From: Bdellovibrionota bacterium FG-1
Lineage (GTDB): Bacteria; Bdellovibrionota; UBA1018
DNA length: 64,000 bases
Direction: 5' to 3'
Assembly: GCA_051382295.1 (NCBI GenBank)
Contig: JBBCAW010000062.1
Coordinates: 1-64,000 of the forward strand
Shown here: positions 28,177 to 37,440 of the stretch, in pieces
How positions within the stretch are numbered: position 1 is the first letter of the stretch
How the letters are laid out: each line of letters opens with the position of its first letter
Program-made: the position numbers and the translations under genes
Notes under the pieces: generated by a model
What the model was told of the DNA's origin: nothing
The model's database searches: none
The model's input: the letters and a program-made list of their open reading frames with translations, nothing else

Positions 28177-28869
28177 CTAATCCGCCAGCTTCGCCAAATC
28201 AGGCGCAGCCTCCAAGAGCCGCCAAAGTCGATAAGCGGTTTCGACGTTGCAACCCAAAAACTTTGAAGCCTGATAAGCATTCTCCACGATGCGAAAGGCC
28301 ATCAAATAAGCAATGTCGGCTCTAAAATTTGCTCCAATCAGGGCACGCATCCTCAACCAGGCGTTTTGCTTAAGTATCCCTTCAACTGAAAGAATTTTCT
28401 TCGACTCAGCCGGAATCAAACGAGCCATTCGAATCCCAAACTCAAGAAACTCCTCGTCAATTCCCTGCTTGGAAACAAGATACTCATCATACTCAACATC
28501 TAACTCCAGGCCTGGTACGTCCTGAATTTTCTGTCGTTCCATCTCCCGCTTAACAGCTGTAACCAAAATCGAAAAACGGCGATCACCACCCCGAACTTGC
28601 TTCAAACAAACAGCACCAAATACCGGAAGAAACTGACCGTCAAGTGTAGACAAAATCGACTTTAACCGTTCCACATGAATCAGATCTCTGACCTTCTCAA
28701 ACCAGGCCAGAAGCATCAAAAAAGACTTTCGCTCCGTTGAAAAGAGTTTAACCGTCCGCAACACCGTCCGCTCTGGATCCGCCGACCGGGACGATGGATC
28801 ACCGTAGAAAGCGAACCCCAAGGAAATAAGCTCTGGCTTAAGATACAAAAACTGGTTTTTCTTATTCAT
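28177..28869 (-). CDS. Hypothetical partner of the nucleotidyltransferase (C-terminal HTH-like)
   Basis: 230-aa ORF overlapping the upstream gene; ENAYQASKFLGCNVETAYR. Confidence 0.6.
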   Translation of the reverse strand: MNKKNQFLYLKPELISLGFAFYGDPSSRSADPERTVLRTVKLFSTERKSFLMLLAWFEKVRDLIHVERLKSILSTLDGQFLPVFGAVCLKQVRGGDRRFSILVTAVKREMERQKIQDVPGLELDVEYDEYLVSKQGIDEEFLEFGIRMARLIPAESKKILSVEGILKQNAWLRMRALIGANFRADIAYLMAFRIVENAYQASKFLGCNVETAYRLWRLLEAAPDLAKLAD

Positions 28870-29401
28870 GGCTCAGTTTTCGTTTCAGCAAAAGGAGCCG
28901 AGTTTCCACCCGCCGCGGCCAAAGAACCGAGGCGTCTCGATCTAGAAGCCAATTTCTCAGAGACTCAACCTCACTCCAAGATGGAGCCATCCCCCAAATA
29001 TCATCTAAATCTTGCTCGTCACGATCACAAAAAGCAAAGAGCTTTGACGCCAGCAGATCCCGCTTCCCCAGGGATTCAAGCCTCAATGCTACGCCTTGAA
29101 AAATAGACTCAGTTCTATTTTTCCAGCCAGGCTCGAGATCCCGCGCAAGAGAAGCAGGACCATTATTCAGCCACCCCTCTTCTAGTCCGTGTCGTTTTCC
29201 AATCAGCGTGGCAAGATCCTTCAGAACAGTGTCCAATTCAGGCGTGATCACATCAATGTCTCGAGTGGTTCTATCAATGAGATCAACCACAAGAAGGGCA
29301 CTCCCCCCACAAACGATAAGAATCCGATTTTCACTTAACTTCGCAAGAGCTTGATCAAGTTCGCAGAGGATGGTTTGAATATTTTCTAAGGCAAGGGCCA
29401 T
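28862..29401 (-). CDS. DUF6036/AbiEii-like nucleotidyltransferase
   Basis: IVCGGSAL.....RTTRDIDV, WLNN, LLASKL.A..DR..D..D. Confidence 0.8.
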   Translation of the reverse strand: MALALENIQTILCELDQALAKLSENRILIVCGGSALLVVDLIDRTTRDIDVITPELDTVLKDLATLIGKRHGLEEGWLNNGPASLARDLEPGWKNRTESIFQGVALRLESLGKRDLLASKLFAFCDRDEQDLDDIWGMAPSWSEVESLRNWLLDRDASVLWPRRVETRLLLLKRKLSHE

Positions 29402-29631
29402 ATATTATGGATAACACAATAGTGGGTACACCACAAGTGCATGCAAACAATTGAAAACATTGATCATTAATCCTAACATTTTTTAAACGGCAACAAATGA
29501 AGGCCACCAGACAACACCGACGTCGGTGCTCATCCTCTCCAGTGGGTTTTACTACCTCGCTCCGGCGGTTTATTAAACTCACCACTAGAAAACAAAGGCC
29601 ATCCCCCCTCCCCACTGAGACTTTCTACCCA

Positions 29632-29660
29632 TTGACAAAAATTGTCACCCCCCCGACAAT
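29632..29660 (+). promoter_or_regulatory. Sigma70 promoter of the pilB operon with palindrome TGACAA-AAA-TTGTCA
   Basis: TTGACA-17-GACAAT; the palindrome overlaps the -35. Confidence 0.55.
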
Positions 29661-29700
29661 AGACTCATAGCTTCATGATGAGGCTTCGGAAAGAGACACG

Positions 29701-31410
29701 ATGTCACGGCAGTTAGCCGAGCTCTTAGTCAAGGATCGTATTATTTCGACCACTCAATTTGGCGAAGCCGTCGAGGCGGCCAAATCAGGGCAAAGCCATG
29801 TCCGTTACCTGATCGAAAAAAGATATGTTGCTGAGACTAAACTGCTTTATTATCTCAGCCAAAAATTTGGCATTCCGAGCATCAATCTTCAAAAATTTGA
29901 AATCAACGCCGACGTCATTCGCCTCATTCCCCAAGAACTCGCACACAAGCACGGGATCATCCCCATTCAATCCAATAAGGGAACCCTGGTCGCCGCAGTT
30001 TGTGACCCCTCGAATCTTGGCTTTTTAGAAGATCTTAAATTTCGCACCAAACTCAACGTCGAGGCAGTGCTCACCTCCTTCTCGGCGTTTGATGCTTCCA
30101 TGCACAAGTATTACTCAGGCACCGCGCGCGTGGGCGCGGCAATCGAAACCTACAAAAAAGAGAGCAAAAACCAAGAAGACGATGCCGCCTCCGTCAACCT
30201 AGAACTCTCCGAAGTCCACAATATCGACCATGCCACCAACGAGCAGGACGCGCCGGTCATTACCCTGGTCAACGGAATCCTCTCCGAATGCGTCCGCCGC
30301 GGGGCCAGCGATATTCACGTCGAGCCTTACGAAAAACGCTTTCGCGTCCGCATGCGCGTCGACGGCGTCTTGCAAGAAATTGTGCAAATCCCAACTGAAA
30401 TGCGCAGGGCCGTGATCGCGCGCTTTAAGATCATGAGCCGCATGGACATCGCTGAAAGCCGCGTCCCACAAGATGGCCGCATCAAACTCAAGGCCTCCGG
30501 GGTGGAAATCGACTTTCGCGTCAGCTCCATGCCCACCCTGTTTGGCGAAAAAATCGTACTTCGAATGCTCAGCAAAGGCAATTTGCAGCTCGATTTAATG
30601 AAGCTTGGCTTCGAAACCCGCCAGCTTGAGGTTTTCAAAAAGGGCATTCTCGCGCCCAATGGAATGGTCTTGGTCACCGGCCCGACCGGTTCCGGAAAAA
30701 CCACCACTCTGTACTCCGCGCTGACCGAGCTCAACCAAATCTCAGACAATTTATCGACCGCCGAAGATCCCGTCGAATACAATCTCGAAGGCATCAATCA
30801 GTGCCAAATCAACAAAGACGTGGGCCTGACATTTGCGTCCGTGCTCCGCGCTTTACTCCGCCAAGATCCGGACACCGTGCTCGTCGGCGAAATTCGCGAT
30901 TACGAAACCGCTGAAGTTGCGATTCAAGCGGCACTCACGGGCCATTTGGTGCTATCCACGCTTCATACGAATGACGCCACCAGTACCATCACTCGCTTAG
31001 TGAATATGGGGGTCGAACCGTTTTTAGTCGTGGCTTCGCTCAATACGGTCGTGGCCCAACGACTCTTACGAACCATTTGCCCACGCTGCAAGGTCGAGGC
31101 CCCCACCCCCAAAGAGCGCCTCATCGAGCTCGGAATGCTCGAAGCTGAAGTCGCAACCGCCCAAACCTTTAAGGGTAAGGGCTGCACCCACTGCAACAAT
31201 ACCGGGTACAAAGGGCGCGTCGCTATCTACGAAGTCTTTGATTTCAGTTCCAACCTCAAAGAAATGGTTTTGAGCGGCGCAAGCATCATGGATCTCAAAA
31301 AGCAGGCCATCAAAGAGGGCATGAAAACGCTGCGCCTATCCGCGCTCTCAAAAGCCGCCCAAGGAAAAACAACCCTCGAAGAAGCTATTTCGCTGACGAT
31401 GGAGAATTAG
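29701..31410 (+). CDS. pilB: Type IV pilus assembly ATPase PilB
   Basis: ASDIHVEP, GPTGSGKTTTLY, LRQDPD, GHLVLSTLHTND, Zn-binding CxxC pairs. Confidence 0.95.
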   Translation: MSRQLAELLVKDRIISTTQFGEAVEAAKSGQSHVRYLIEKRYVAETKLLYYLSQKFGIPSINLQKFEINADVIRLIPQELAHKHGIIPIQSNKGTLVAAVCDPSNLGFLEDLKFRTKLNVEAVLTSFSAFDASMHKYYSGTARVGAAIETYKKESKNQEDDAASVNLELSEVHNIDHATNEQDAPVITLVNGILSECVRRGASDIHVEPYEKRFRVRMRVDGVLQEIVQIPTEMRRAVIARFKIMSRMDIAESRVPQDGRIKLKASGVEIDFRVSSMPTLFGEKIVLRMLSKGNLQLDLMKLGFETRQLEVFKKGILAPNGMVLVTGPTGSGKTTTLYSALTELNQISDNLSTAEDPVEYNLEGINQCQINKDVGLTFASVLRALLRQDPDTVLVGEIRDYETAEVAIQAALTGHLVLSTLHTNDATSTITRLVNMGVEPFLVVASLNTVVAQRLLRTICPRCKVEAPTPKERLIELGMLEAEVATAQTFKGKGCTHCNNTGYKGRVAIYEVFDFSSNLKEMVLSGASIMDLKKQAIKEGMKTLRLSALSKAAQGKTTLEEAISLTMEN

Positions 31411-31413
31411 ATC

Positions 31414-32496
31414 ATGGCAAAAATCGGTCTATCCCAACTTCTCAAGACCATGGTCGAACAAGGTGCTTCGGATTTGCACCTCACGGTCGGCATCCCTCCC
31501 GAGTTTCGCATTGGCGGTAAGATGATCAAGGTTAAAATTGATCCAATGATTCCTGCCGACGTCAAAGAGCTCTGCTATTCAGTGCTTTCAGACTCGCAAA
31601 AAGCTGAATTTGAATCCGAATTCGAGATCGATTTTTCGTTTGGAATCAAGGATCTTGCGCGCTTTCGCGGCAATCTATTTTTTCAACGCGGGAATGTCGG
31701 TGGAGTTTTCCGCCAAATTCCGTTTGCGATTCCGGATTTTGATTCACTCAAACTCCCTCCCATTCTCAAAAAAATCATTCGCCGCCCCAATGGGCTAATC
31801 CTCGTCACCGGCCCCACCGGCAGTGGTAAATCCACCTCGCTTGCGGCGATGCTCGATCTGCTCAATCGCGAAGAATACGGGCACCTCATGACCATTGAGG
31901 ATCCCATCGAGTTTGTCCATCAACACAAAAATTGCATTATCAATCAGCGCGAGGTCGGCACCGACACCAAGAGCTTTCACTCAGCGCTCAAACGAATCCT
32001 CCGCCAAGACCCCGATTACATTCTCGTGGGCGAGCTTCGCGACGCCGAAACCATCGAAATGGCCCTTACCATGGCCGAGACGGGTCATCTTGTCTTCGCG
32101 ACCCTACACACCAACGGTGCGGTGCAATCCATTAACCGCCTGATCAACGCGTTTCCACCTCATCAACAGGCCCAGATTCGCCAGCTTCTCTCCTTCACGC
32201 TCCAAGCCATTGTCTCGCAGATGCTCATCCCCAAAAGCTATGAACCCGGTCGGGCGATGGCTTGCGAAATCCTGATCCCGACCATGGGAATTCGAAATCT
32301 CATACGGGAAGACAAGATCCACCAAGTTTACTCGGCTATGCAGACCGGGCAGGACGACTCCGGAATGCAAACGATGAATCAAAATCTGGTCACTCACGTC
32401 CGCACCGGCGCGCTCTCCAAACAAGATGCGATCGAAAACAGCACTATGGCTGACGAATTGACCAAGATGCTGGCTTCTATAACGGATAAAAAATAG
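31414..32496 (+). CDS. pilT: Retraction ATPase PilT
   Basis: GASDLHL, GPTGSGKST, IRNLIRE, GMQTM. Confidence 0.95.
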   Translation: MAKIGLSQLLKTMVEQGASDLHLTVGIPPEFRIGGKMIKVKIDPMIPADVKELCYSVLSDSQKAEFESEFEIDFSFGIKDLARFRGNLFFQRGNVGGVFRQIPFAIPDFDSLKLPPILKKIIRRPNGLILVTGPTGSGKSTSLAAMLDLLNREEYGHLMTIEDPIEFVHQHKNCIINQREVGTDTKSFHSALKRILRQDPDYILVGELRDAETIEMALTMAETGHLVFATLHTNGAVQSINRLINAFPPHQQAQIRQLLSFTLQAIVSQMLIPKSYEPGRAMACEILIPTMGIRNLIREDKIHQVYSAMQTGQDDSGMQTMNQNLVTHVRTGALSKQDAIENSTMADELTKMLASITDKK

Positions 32497-32519
32497 AACA
32501 GGAATCCTAACCGCCGCCC

Positions 32520-33728
32520 ATGCCACAATTTCAATATCAAGGAATCAACAAAGCAGGCAAAAAGGTAAACGGCAGCGTTGAGGCCGGTTCAGACGGCGAT
32601 CTGCGCATGATTCTCCGAAGCCAGGGCATTCGCCCCACCAAAATCAACAAGGGTAATGTTCTGAATACGGACCTGGGCACGATGTTTAGAAGCGGTGGGT
32701 CCGTCTCGCTCGAAGTCCTAGTGGGTTTTACCCGCCAACTGCAGGTCTTGATCAGCTCAGGCATTCCGATCGTGCAAGCGCTTGAGATTCTTTTAGAACA
32801 GGCCTCCGATGGTACAATGAGATCGACCGTCGCGATTCTTAAAGAAAAGGTCTCCAGTGGCTCCTACTTTTGGGAGGCGCTCAGTGGCTTTCCAAAAATT
32901 TTCCCAAAGCTTTATATCGCGCTTATTAAAGCCGGCGAAGCCTCCGGTTCGATTGATCAAATGCTCAAACGCCTGAGTCGCTACCTGGAAGATGCCGATC
33001 GGCTCCGCAAAATGCTCAAAAGCGCTATGGTGTATCCCATCGCCGTCGTCTCCATCGGCATCGGCGTCATTACGCTGATGTTGGTTTTTGTGATTCCAAA
33101 GTTCGAAGAACTTCTAGCGACTAACGGCCAAACCTTGCCCGCGCCCACCCAACTGGTCATCAACATGTCCCATTTTATGATCCACAACATCGCCTATATC
33201 CTGGGCATTAGCGGTGTGTGTATTTATTTGCTCATTCAATACGCCAAATCCGACGAAGGCCGGGCGATGATCGACCGTACCTTTTACCATGTGCCTCTTT
33301 TTGGCACTATTATGCAAAAGGGCGGAGTGGCTCGTTTTTCCCGCACGATGCAAACGCTACTTGCCTCCGGGGTCAACATCATCGATGCCATCGATATTTG
33401 CAAGGCCACCATCGACAACGCAGTCATTGAACAAGCCGTTTCGAAAATGCGCGCTGATGTCGAAAGCGGGAAAACCCTGGGTGTGGTCATCGCCAAAACG
33501 GGAGTTTTTCCGAAAATGGCCGTTCAAATGATCTCCGTAGGGGAAAGCACCGGCAATCTCGACAAAATGCTCGAAAAAGTCGCGGACTTTTACGAAGCTG
33601 AGGTCGAAAACCTGATTGGTGGGCTCACCAAACTCATTGAGCCGCTCATCCTCGTTTTTTTGGGGACTACCGTCGGTGGCTTAATGATTGCGATGTATCT
33701 TCCGATTTTAAAGATGGCAGGGAGTTAA
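32520..33728 (+). CDS. pilC: Inner-membrane platform protein PilC
   Basis: T2SSF repeats, GEASG, VGESTGNLD.ML, AMYLP. Confidence 0.95.
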   Translation: MPQFQYQGINKAGKKVNGSVEAGSDGDLRMILRSQGIRPTKINKGNVLNTDLGTMFRSGGSVSLEVLVGFTRQLQVLISSGIPIVQALEILLEQASDGTMRSTVAILKEKVSSGSYFWEALSGFPKIFPKLYIALIKAGEASGSIDQMLKRLSRYLEDADRLRKMLKSAMVYPIAVVSIGIGVITLMLVFVIPKFEELLATNGQTLPAPTQLVINMSHFMIHNIAYILGISGVCIYLLIQYAKSDEGRAMIDRTFYHVPLFGTIMQKGGVARFSRTMQTLLASGVNIIDAIDICKATIDNAVIEQAVSKMRADVESGKTLGVVIAKTGVFPKMAVQMISVGESTGNLDKMLEKVADFYEAEVENLIGGLTKLIEPLILVFLGTTVGGLMIAMYLPILKMAGS

Positions 33729-33734
33729 CAGCCT

Positions 33735-34772
33735 ATGAATCGTCCTATTCTTGGCGAGTCCAAGCCTGTTAAGCAAATGATGGAGATGATCAAACGGGTC
33801 GCTCCGGCAAAAACCAACGTCCTCATCATCGGAGAAAGCGGAACCGGCAAGGAACTCGTGGCCCGCATGATCCATGAAAGCGGCCCCCTGCAAGGCAAGC
33901 CGTTTGTTCCGGTCAATTGTGGCGCCATTCCGGAGAATTTGATTGAAAGCGAAATGTTTGGTCACAAAAGGGGAAGCTTTACCGGGGCGGTGAACGAAAA
34001 AGAGGGCCTGTTCGAAGCCGCTAACGGGGGCACCCTATTTTTAGACGAAGTCGGGGAACTTCCCCTCAATATGCAGGTTAAGCTTTTACGAGCGATACAA
34101 GAAAGATCCTTTCGAAAAGTCGGAGGCAATGACGACATCAAAGTGGAATTGCGGATCATCGCCGCCACGAACCGCAATCTCGAATCTGCGGTCGCCGCCG
34201 GCACCTTCCGCGAAGATCTGTATTATCGACTCAACGTGATCCTCATCACGACCCCGCCGCTGCGCGAACGACGGGGGGATGTTAAGCTTCTTTCAGAGGC
34301 CTTTTTGAAACGTTCTGCCGCGAAGATCGGCAAACCCATTGTGGGCATCAACTCCGATGCATTAGCCGCGATGGAAGGCTACGCTTGGCCCGGCAATGTA
34401 CGTGAGCTCGAAAATGTTTTAGAACGCGCCATCACCCTGGAACCCGGTCCCCACATTTCAATCACGGCTCTGCCAGAATCTATCCGCTCTGCGGCCTTGC
34501 ATCGTGCCGAGCAGGTGCCCAAAACAGGGGAAGCCGCCCTCGTGCCGATTCAATTACCCGCCCCTTATTTTTCGAATGGCCCGCTCAACCTAGATGAAAT
34601 TCTCGGACGAGTCGAACGAATCTATCTCAACGCAGCGATCCAAGAGGCCGGAGGCAGCAAGAAAAAGGCAGCTACCCTACTCGGCATCACTTTTAGAAGT
34701 ATCCGCTATCGCCTGCAAAAACAGGGGGTCATAGCTGACCCCGATGGAGAGCCAGATCCTGATTCGGAATAG
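33735..34772 (+). CDS. pilR: PilR-like sigma54 activator lacking a receiver domain
   Basis: GESGTGKE, GSFTGA, FLDEVGE, WPGNVREL, C-terminal GITFRSIRYRL HTH; starts directly at the AAA+ domain. Confidence 0.75.
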   Translation: MNRPILGESKPVKQMMEMIKRVAPAKTNVLIIGESGTGKELVARMIHESGPLQGKPFVPVNCGAIPENLIESEMFGHKRGSFTGAVNEKEGLFEAANGGTLFLDEVGELPLNMQVKLLRAIQERSFRKVGGNDDIKVELRIIAATNRNLESAVAAGTFREDLYYRLNVILITTPPLRERRGDVKLLSEAFLKRSAAKIGKPIVGINSDALAAMEGYAWPGNVRELENVLERAITLEPGPHISITALPESIRSAALHRAEQVPKTGEAALVPIQLPAPYFSNGPLNLDEILGRVERIYLNAAIQEAGGSKKKAATLLGITFRSIRYRLQKQGVIADPDGEPDPDSE

Positions 34773-34777
34773 GGCAG

Positions 34778-35713
34778 TCAACCCACCAAAACTTTCCCGG
34801 CGTCCTTGGCATCTTGGTCAATCTGCGTTTTAAGCTCTGCCATCCCGGAAAAACGGCGTTCATCGCGCAGGCGGCGCACAAAACGCACTTCCAGCTCTTT
34901 GCCGTAAAGATCAATCGTCGTATTCAAGAGATGCGTTTCTACCAAGGCCGGCAACTCCGGCCCTTCGCCCTGAAACGTTGGCCGCACTCCGATATTAGTG
35001 ACGCTCGCGAAAGACTGCCCTTCAAGCACAGCCCGCGTGGCATAAACGCCATAAGGCAGGGTGAGTTTGTTTTCGAGTCGGAGATTCGCCGTAGGAAATC
35101 CTATTTTTCGGCCACGGCCCTCGCCTTTAACAACGATGCCCCGATAAAAGAACTCACGTCCTAAAAGGGCATTCGCCAATTCGATTTCGCCGGCTCGCAA
35201 ATGCTGACGAATCCGAGAACTCGACACCACTTCTGCCCCAATCCGGTGCGGTGCAACCACTACCAGCTCCACACCCGCGCTCCGGCAAAATTCTTCAAGC
35301 GCCTCAAGCGTCCCTGCGCGTTCTTTGCCAAACGCGAAATCATAACCAACGACTATCGCCTCAGCGGACAGCCGGCGCAAAATGACGTCTGTAAAAAATT
35401 CGTGCGGTGCCACAGTGGAAAATTCACGACTAAATGGCTCCTCAATCACGCAGTCCAAGCCCGCTTTCGCTAAGAGCTCGAGCTTTTCATCATAAGTGTT
35501 CAGTAATTGAACCTCAGCCGCCGGACGAAGCGCCACCTGAGGATGCGGCCGAAATGTATAGGCAACCGCTATTCCTCCTCGAACACGAGCCTTTTCTACC
35601 GCCAAACGAATGATGTGTTGATGACCAAGATGAACTCCGTCAAAATTGCCAATCGTCAGCACAGGATGAGGCAAACTTTTAGTGAGGTGCTGAATTCCAT
35701 GAATCAATTCCAT
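34778..35713 (-). CDS. ribF: Bifunctional riboflavin kinase/FAD synthetase
   Basis: IGNFDGVHLGH, VSSSRIR, GFPTAN, NIGVRPT. Confidence 0.97.
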   Translation of the reverse strand: MELIHGIQHLTKSLPHPVLTIGNFDGVHLGHQHIIRLAVEKARVRGGIAVAYTFRPHPQVALRPAAEVQLLNTYDEKLELLAKAGLDCVIEEPFSREFSTVAPHEFFTDVILRRLSAEAIVVGYDFAFGKERAGTLEALEEFCRSAGVELVVVAPHRIGAEVVSSSRIRQHLRAGEIELANALLGREFFYRGIVVKGEGRGRKIGFPTANLRLENKLTLPYGVYATRAVLEGQSFASVTNIGVRPTFQGEGPELPALVETHLLNTTIDLYGKELEVRFVRRLRDERRFSGMAELKTQIDQDAKDAGKVLVG

Positions 35714-35716
35714 GAT

Positions 35717-36037
35717 CTATCTCTTAAAACTGTAACCGCATTGGTCGACTTCAGAGTCTCGCGCATCAAAAGGATAATTACGGCAATTGGTCGGCCGCAG
35801 TTCGCCGTACACACGGCAATAAGGCATGTTTTGGCCATCCCGCCCCAAAAAAGGACAACGAAAAAGTAGCTCACAACAGGCGCCACAGCGCTTGCATTCA
35901 CCGGAGCGCGTCGAATCAATGGCCTTTTGGATATGGCCAGGATTAAAGTTTCCAATGAAAAACCGGCGCCATTTACGAAGAAATTGCCCCAGCAAGTTGC
36001 GCTTCTCTACCCGCTGTTCATACCATTTCAAAATCAT
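35717..36037 (-). CDS. Cysteine-cluster (YkgJ-like) protein
   Basis: CKRCGACC...CPFL...CRVY..RP..CR.YP. Confidence 0.7.
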   Translation of the reverse strand: MILKWYEQRVEKRNLLGQFLRKWRRFFIGNFNPGHIQKAIDSTRSGECKRCGACCELLFRCPFLGRDGQNMPYCRVYGELRPTNCRNYPFDARDSEVDQCGYSFKR

Positions 36038-36233
36038 CGCAATGAGTTAGCCAAAAAAGAGGGTGTGAGTCAAGCTGTCAAGTAGCCGGTGCACGGAAAC
36101 CTCAGTCCTAATTGTCCAGTACGCCCCCAGTAACGCAGCAAGTCGGACCCCACAAAGCTCAACAGTAGCCATTGATTTTCATGCACAAAAAGAGCAATTT
36201 GAAAGGAACGTTTAATCAAGATGGCGAGGAATA

Positions 36234-37031
36234 ATGATCATCACGGTAGCTAATCAAAAAGGCGGAGTGGGAAAAACCACCACCACCATGAATATCGGCG
36301 TCGCGCTCGCTCGCGAGGGTAAGCGAGTACTATTGATCGATGCTGATCCTCAGGCCAACCTCACCAGCTATCTGGGTGTGACCCCTGGAGAACCCCCACA
36401 CGAAGATATTGGAACCCTGGATGAGGTGTTTTTGGCAAAACGCCCACTAGACGCCGCTGGCCGCAAACGCCTGATTGCAAACACTGCTTCAGGGGTAGAC
36501 CTCGTCGCCTGCGATAAGGCGCTCGCAGGGGTGGAGTACTATCTTTTTTCCAGACCCGATCGCGAACAGGTTCTCGCCCGGTTTCTTGCGGCTGTTCGCA
36601 GCGACTACGACTTTATTTTCTTGGACACGCCCCCGAGCCTGAATCTTCTGACTCTCAATGCCCTTTGCGCCAGTGATGGCGTGATCATACCCGTTCAACC
36701 CGAGTTTTTCAGCCTCGAGGGAATCGTCAAAATCCGCGAGAGTATCGAAGATGTCCAAAAACGCTGGAACCGGAACCTCCGGATTTTGGGTGTCCTCCCC
36801 ACCCAAGTGTCCCATCGGCGTAAACTCACTCAAGAGGTCATCGACACCCTCAAGGCCGAGTTAGGACCTATTTTATTTGAAAGCGCGATTCATGATAACT
36901 CCGCCGTAACTGAAAGCTCAGGACATGCACAATCCGTGATTGAATATGACCGAAGCTCGCGTGGCGCCAAAGATTATATGGCCGCTGCCCGCGAACTCCT
37001 TGTCCGTTGCCAAAAGGAAGCCTCACTATGA
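36234..37031 (+). CDS. ParA/Soj-family ATPase
   Basis: [23 protein letters not shown]. Confidence 0.92.
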   Translation: MIITVANQKGGVGKTTTTMNIGVALAREGKRVLLIDADPQANLTSYLGVTPGEPPHEDIGTLDEVFLAKRPLDAAGRKRLIANTASGVDLVACDKALAGVEYYLFSRPDREQVLARFLAAVRSDYDFIFLDTPPSLNLLTLNALCASDGVIIPVQPEFFSLEGIVKIRESIEDVQKRWNRNLRILGVLPTQVSHRRKLTQEVIDTLKAELGPILFESAIHDNSAVTESSGHAQSVIEYDRSSRGAKDYMAAARELLVRCQKEASL

Positions 37032-37234
37032 CCCCCGCCAAACGAATGGGACGCAATCCCTTTGAAAAGAAACATCTCCCTACCCCCTCCGCAAAATCGC
37101 GCGCCTCGCTCACCCCTCACGCCCCAGGATCATTCTGTCCCGTGCGATGGGTAGCGATCGAACTCCCGACCCAAGTCATTATGCTCGGACTCAAATCACT
37201 GCTAGTGATGAAGTACCTCATCGGAGGCATCTAA
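37028..37234 (+). CDS. Small ParA-coupled hypothetical protein
   Basis: ATGA overlap with the ParA stop; basic N-terminus KRMGRNP. Confidence 0.45.
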   Translation: MTPAKRMGRNPFEKKHLPTPSAKSRASLTPHAPGSFCPVRWVAIELPTQVIMLGLKSLLVMKYLIGGI

Positions 37235-37378
37235 AACTGTAGGGGATCCCCCACGGTTTTGGTTTGCAAACCCTACAGTGGGCCAAAAACTCAGTTCAGC
37301 TCTTTTTTTATTTTTAAAAAAGACATCTACTTTCAATTAGTTACATACAAACTCCCTGAATTTAAACCTTACGCCGGT

Positions 37379-37395
37379 TTGGCATTAAGCTTGCT
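37379..37395 (+). promoter_or_regulatory. Sigma54 (-24/-12) promoter
   Basis: TTGGCATTAAGCTTGCT with GG-N10-GC spacing; IHF-like TTTCAATTAGTTA at 37331; ACTGTAGGG/CCCTACAGT inverted repeat at 37236-37279. Confidence 0.75.
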
Positions 37396-37440
37396 CTAGC
37401 GCTGGCTCGTTGCGTTAATTTTAAACCAAAGGAGTATCCC

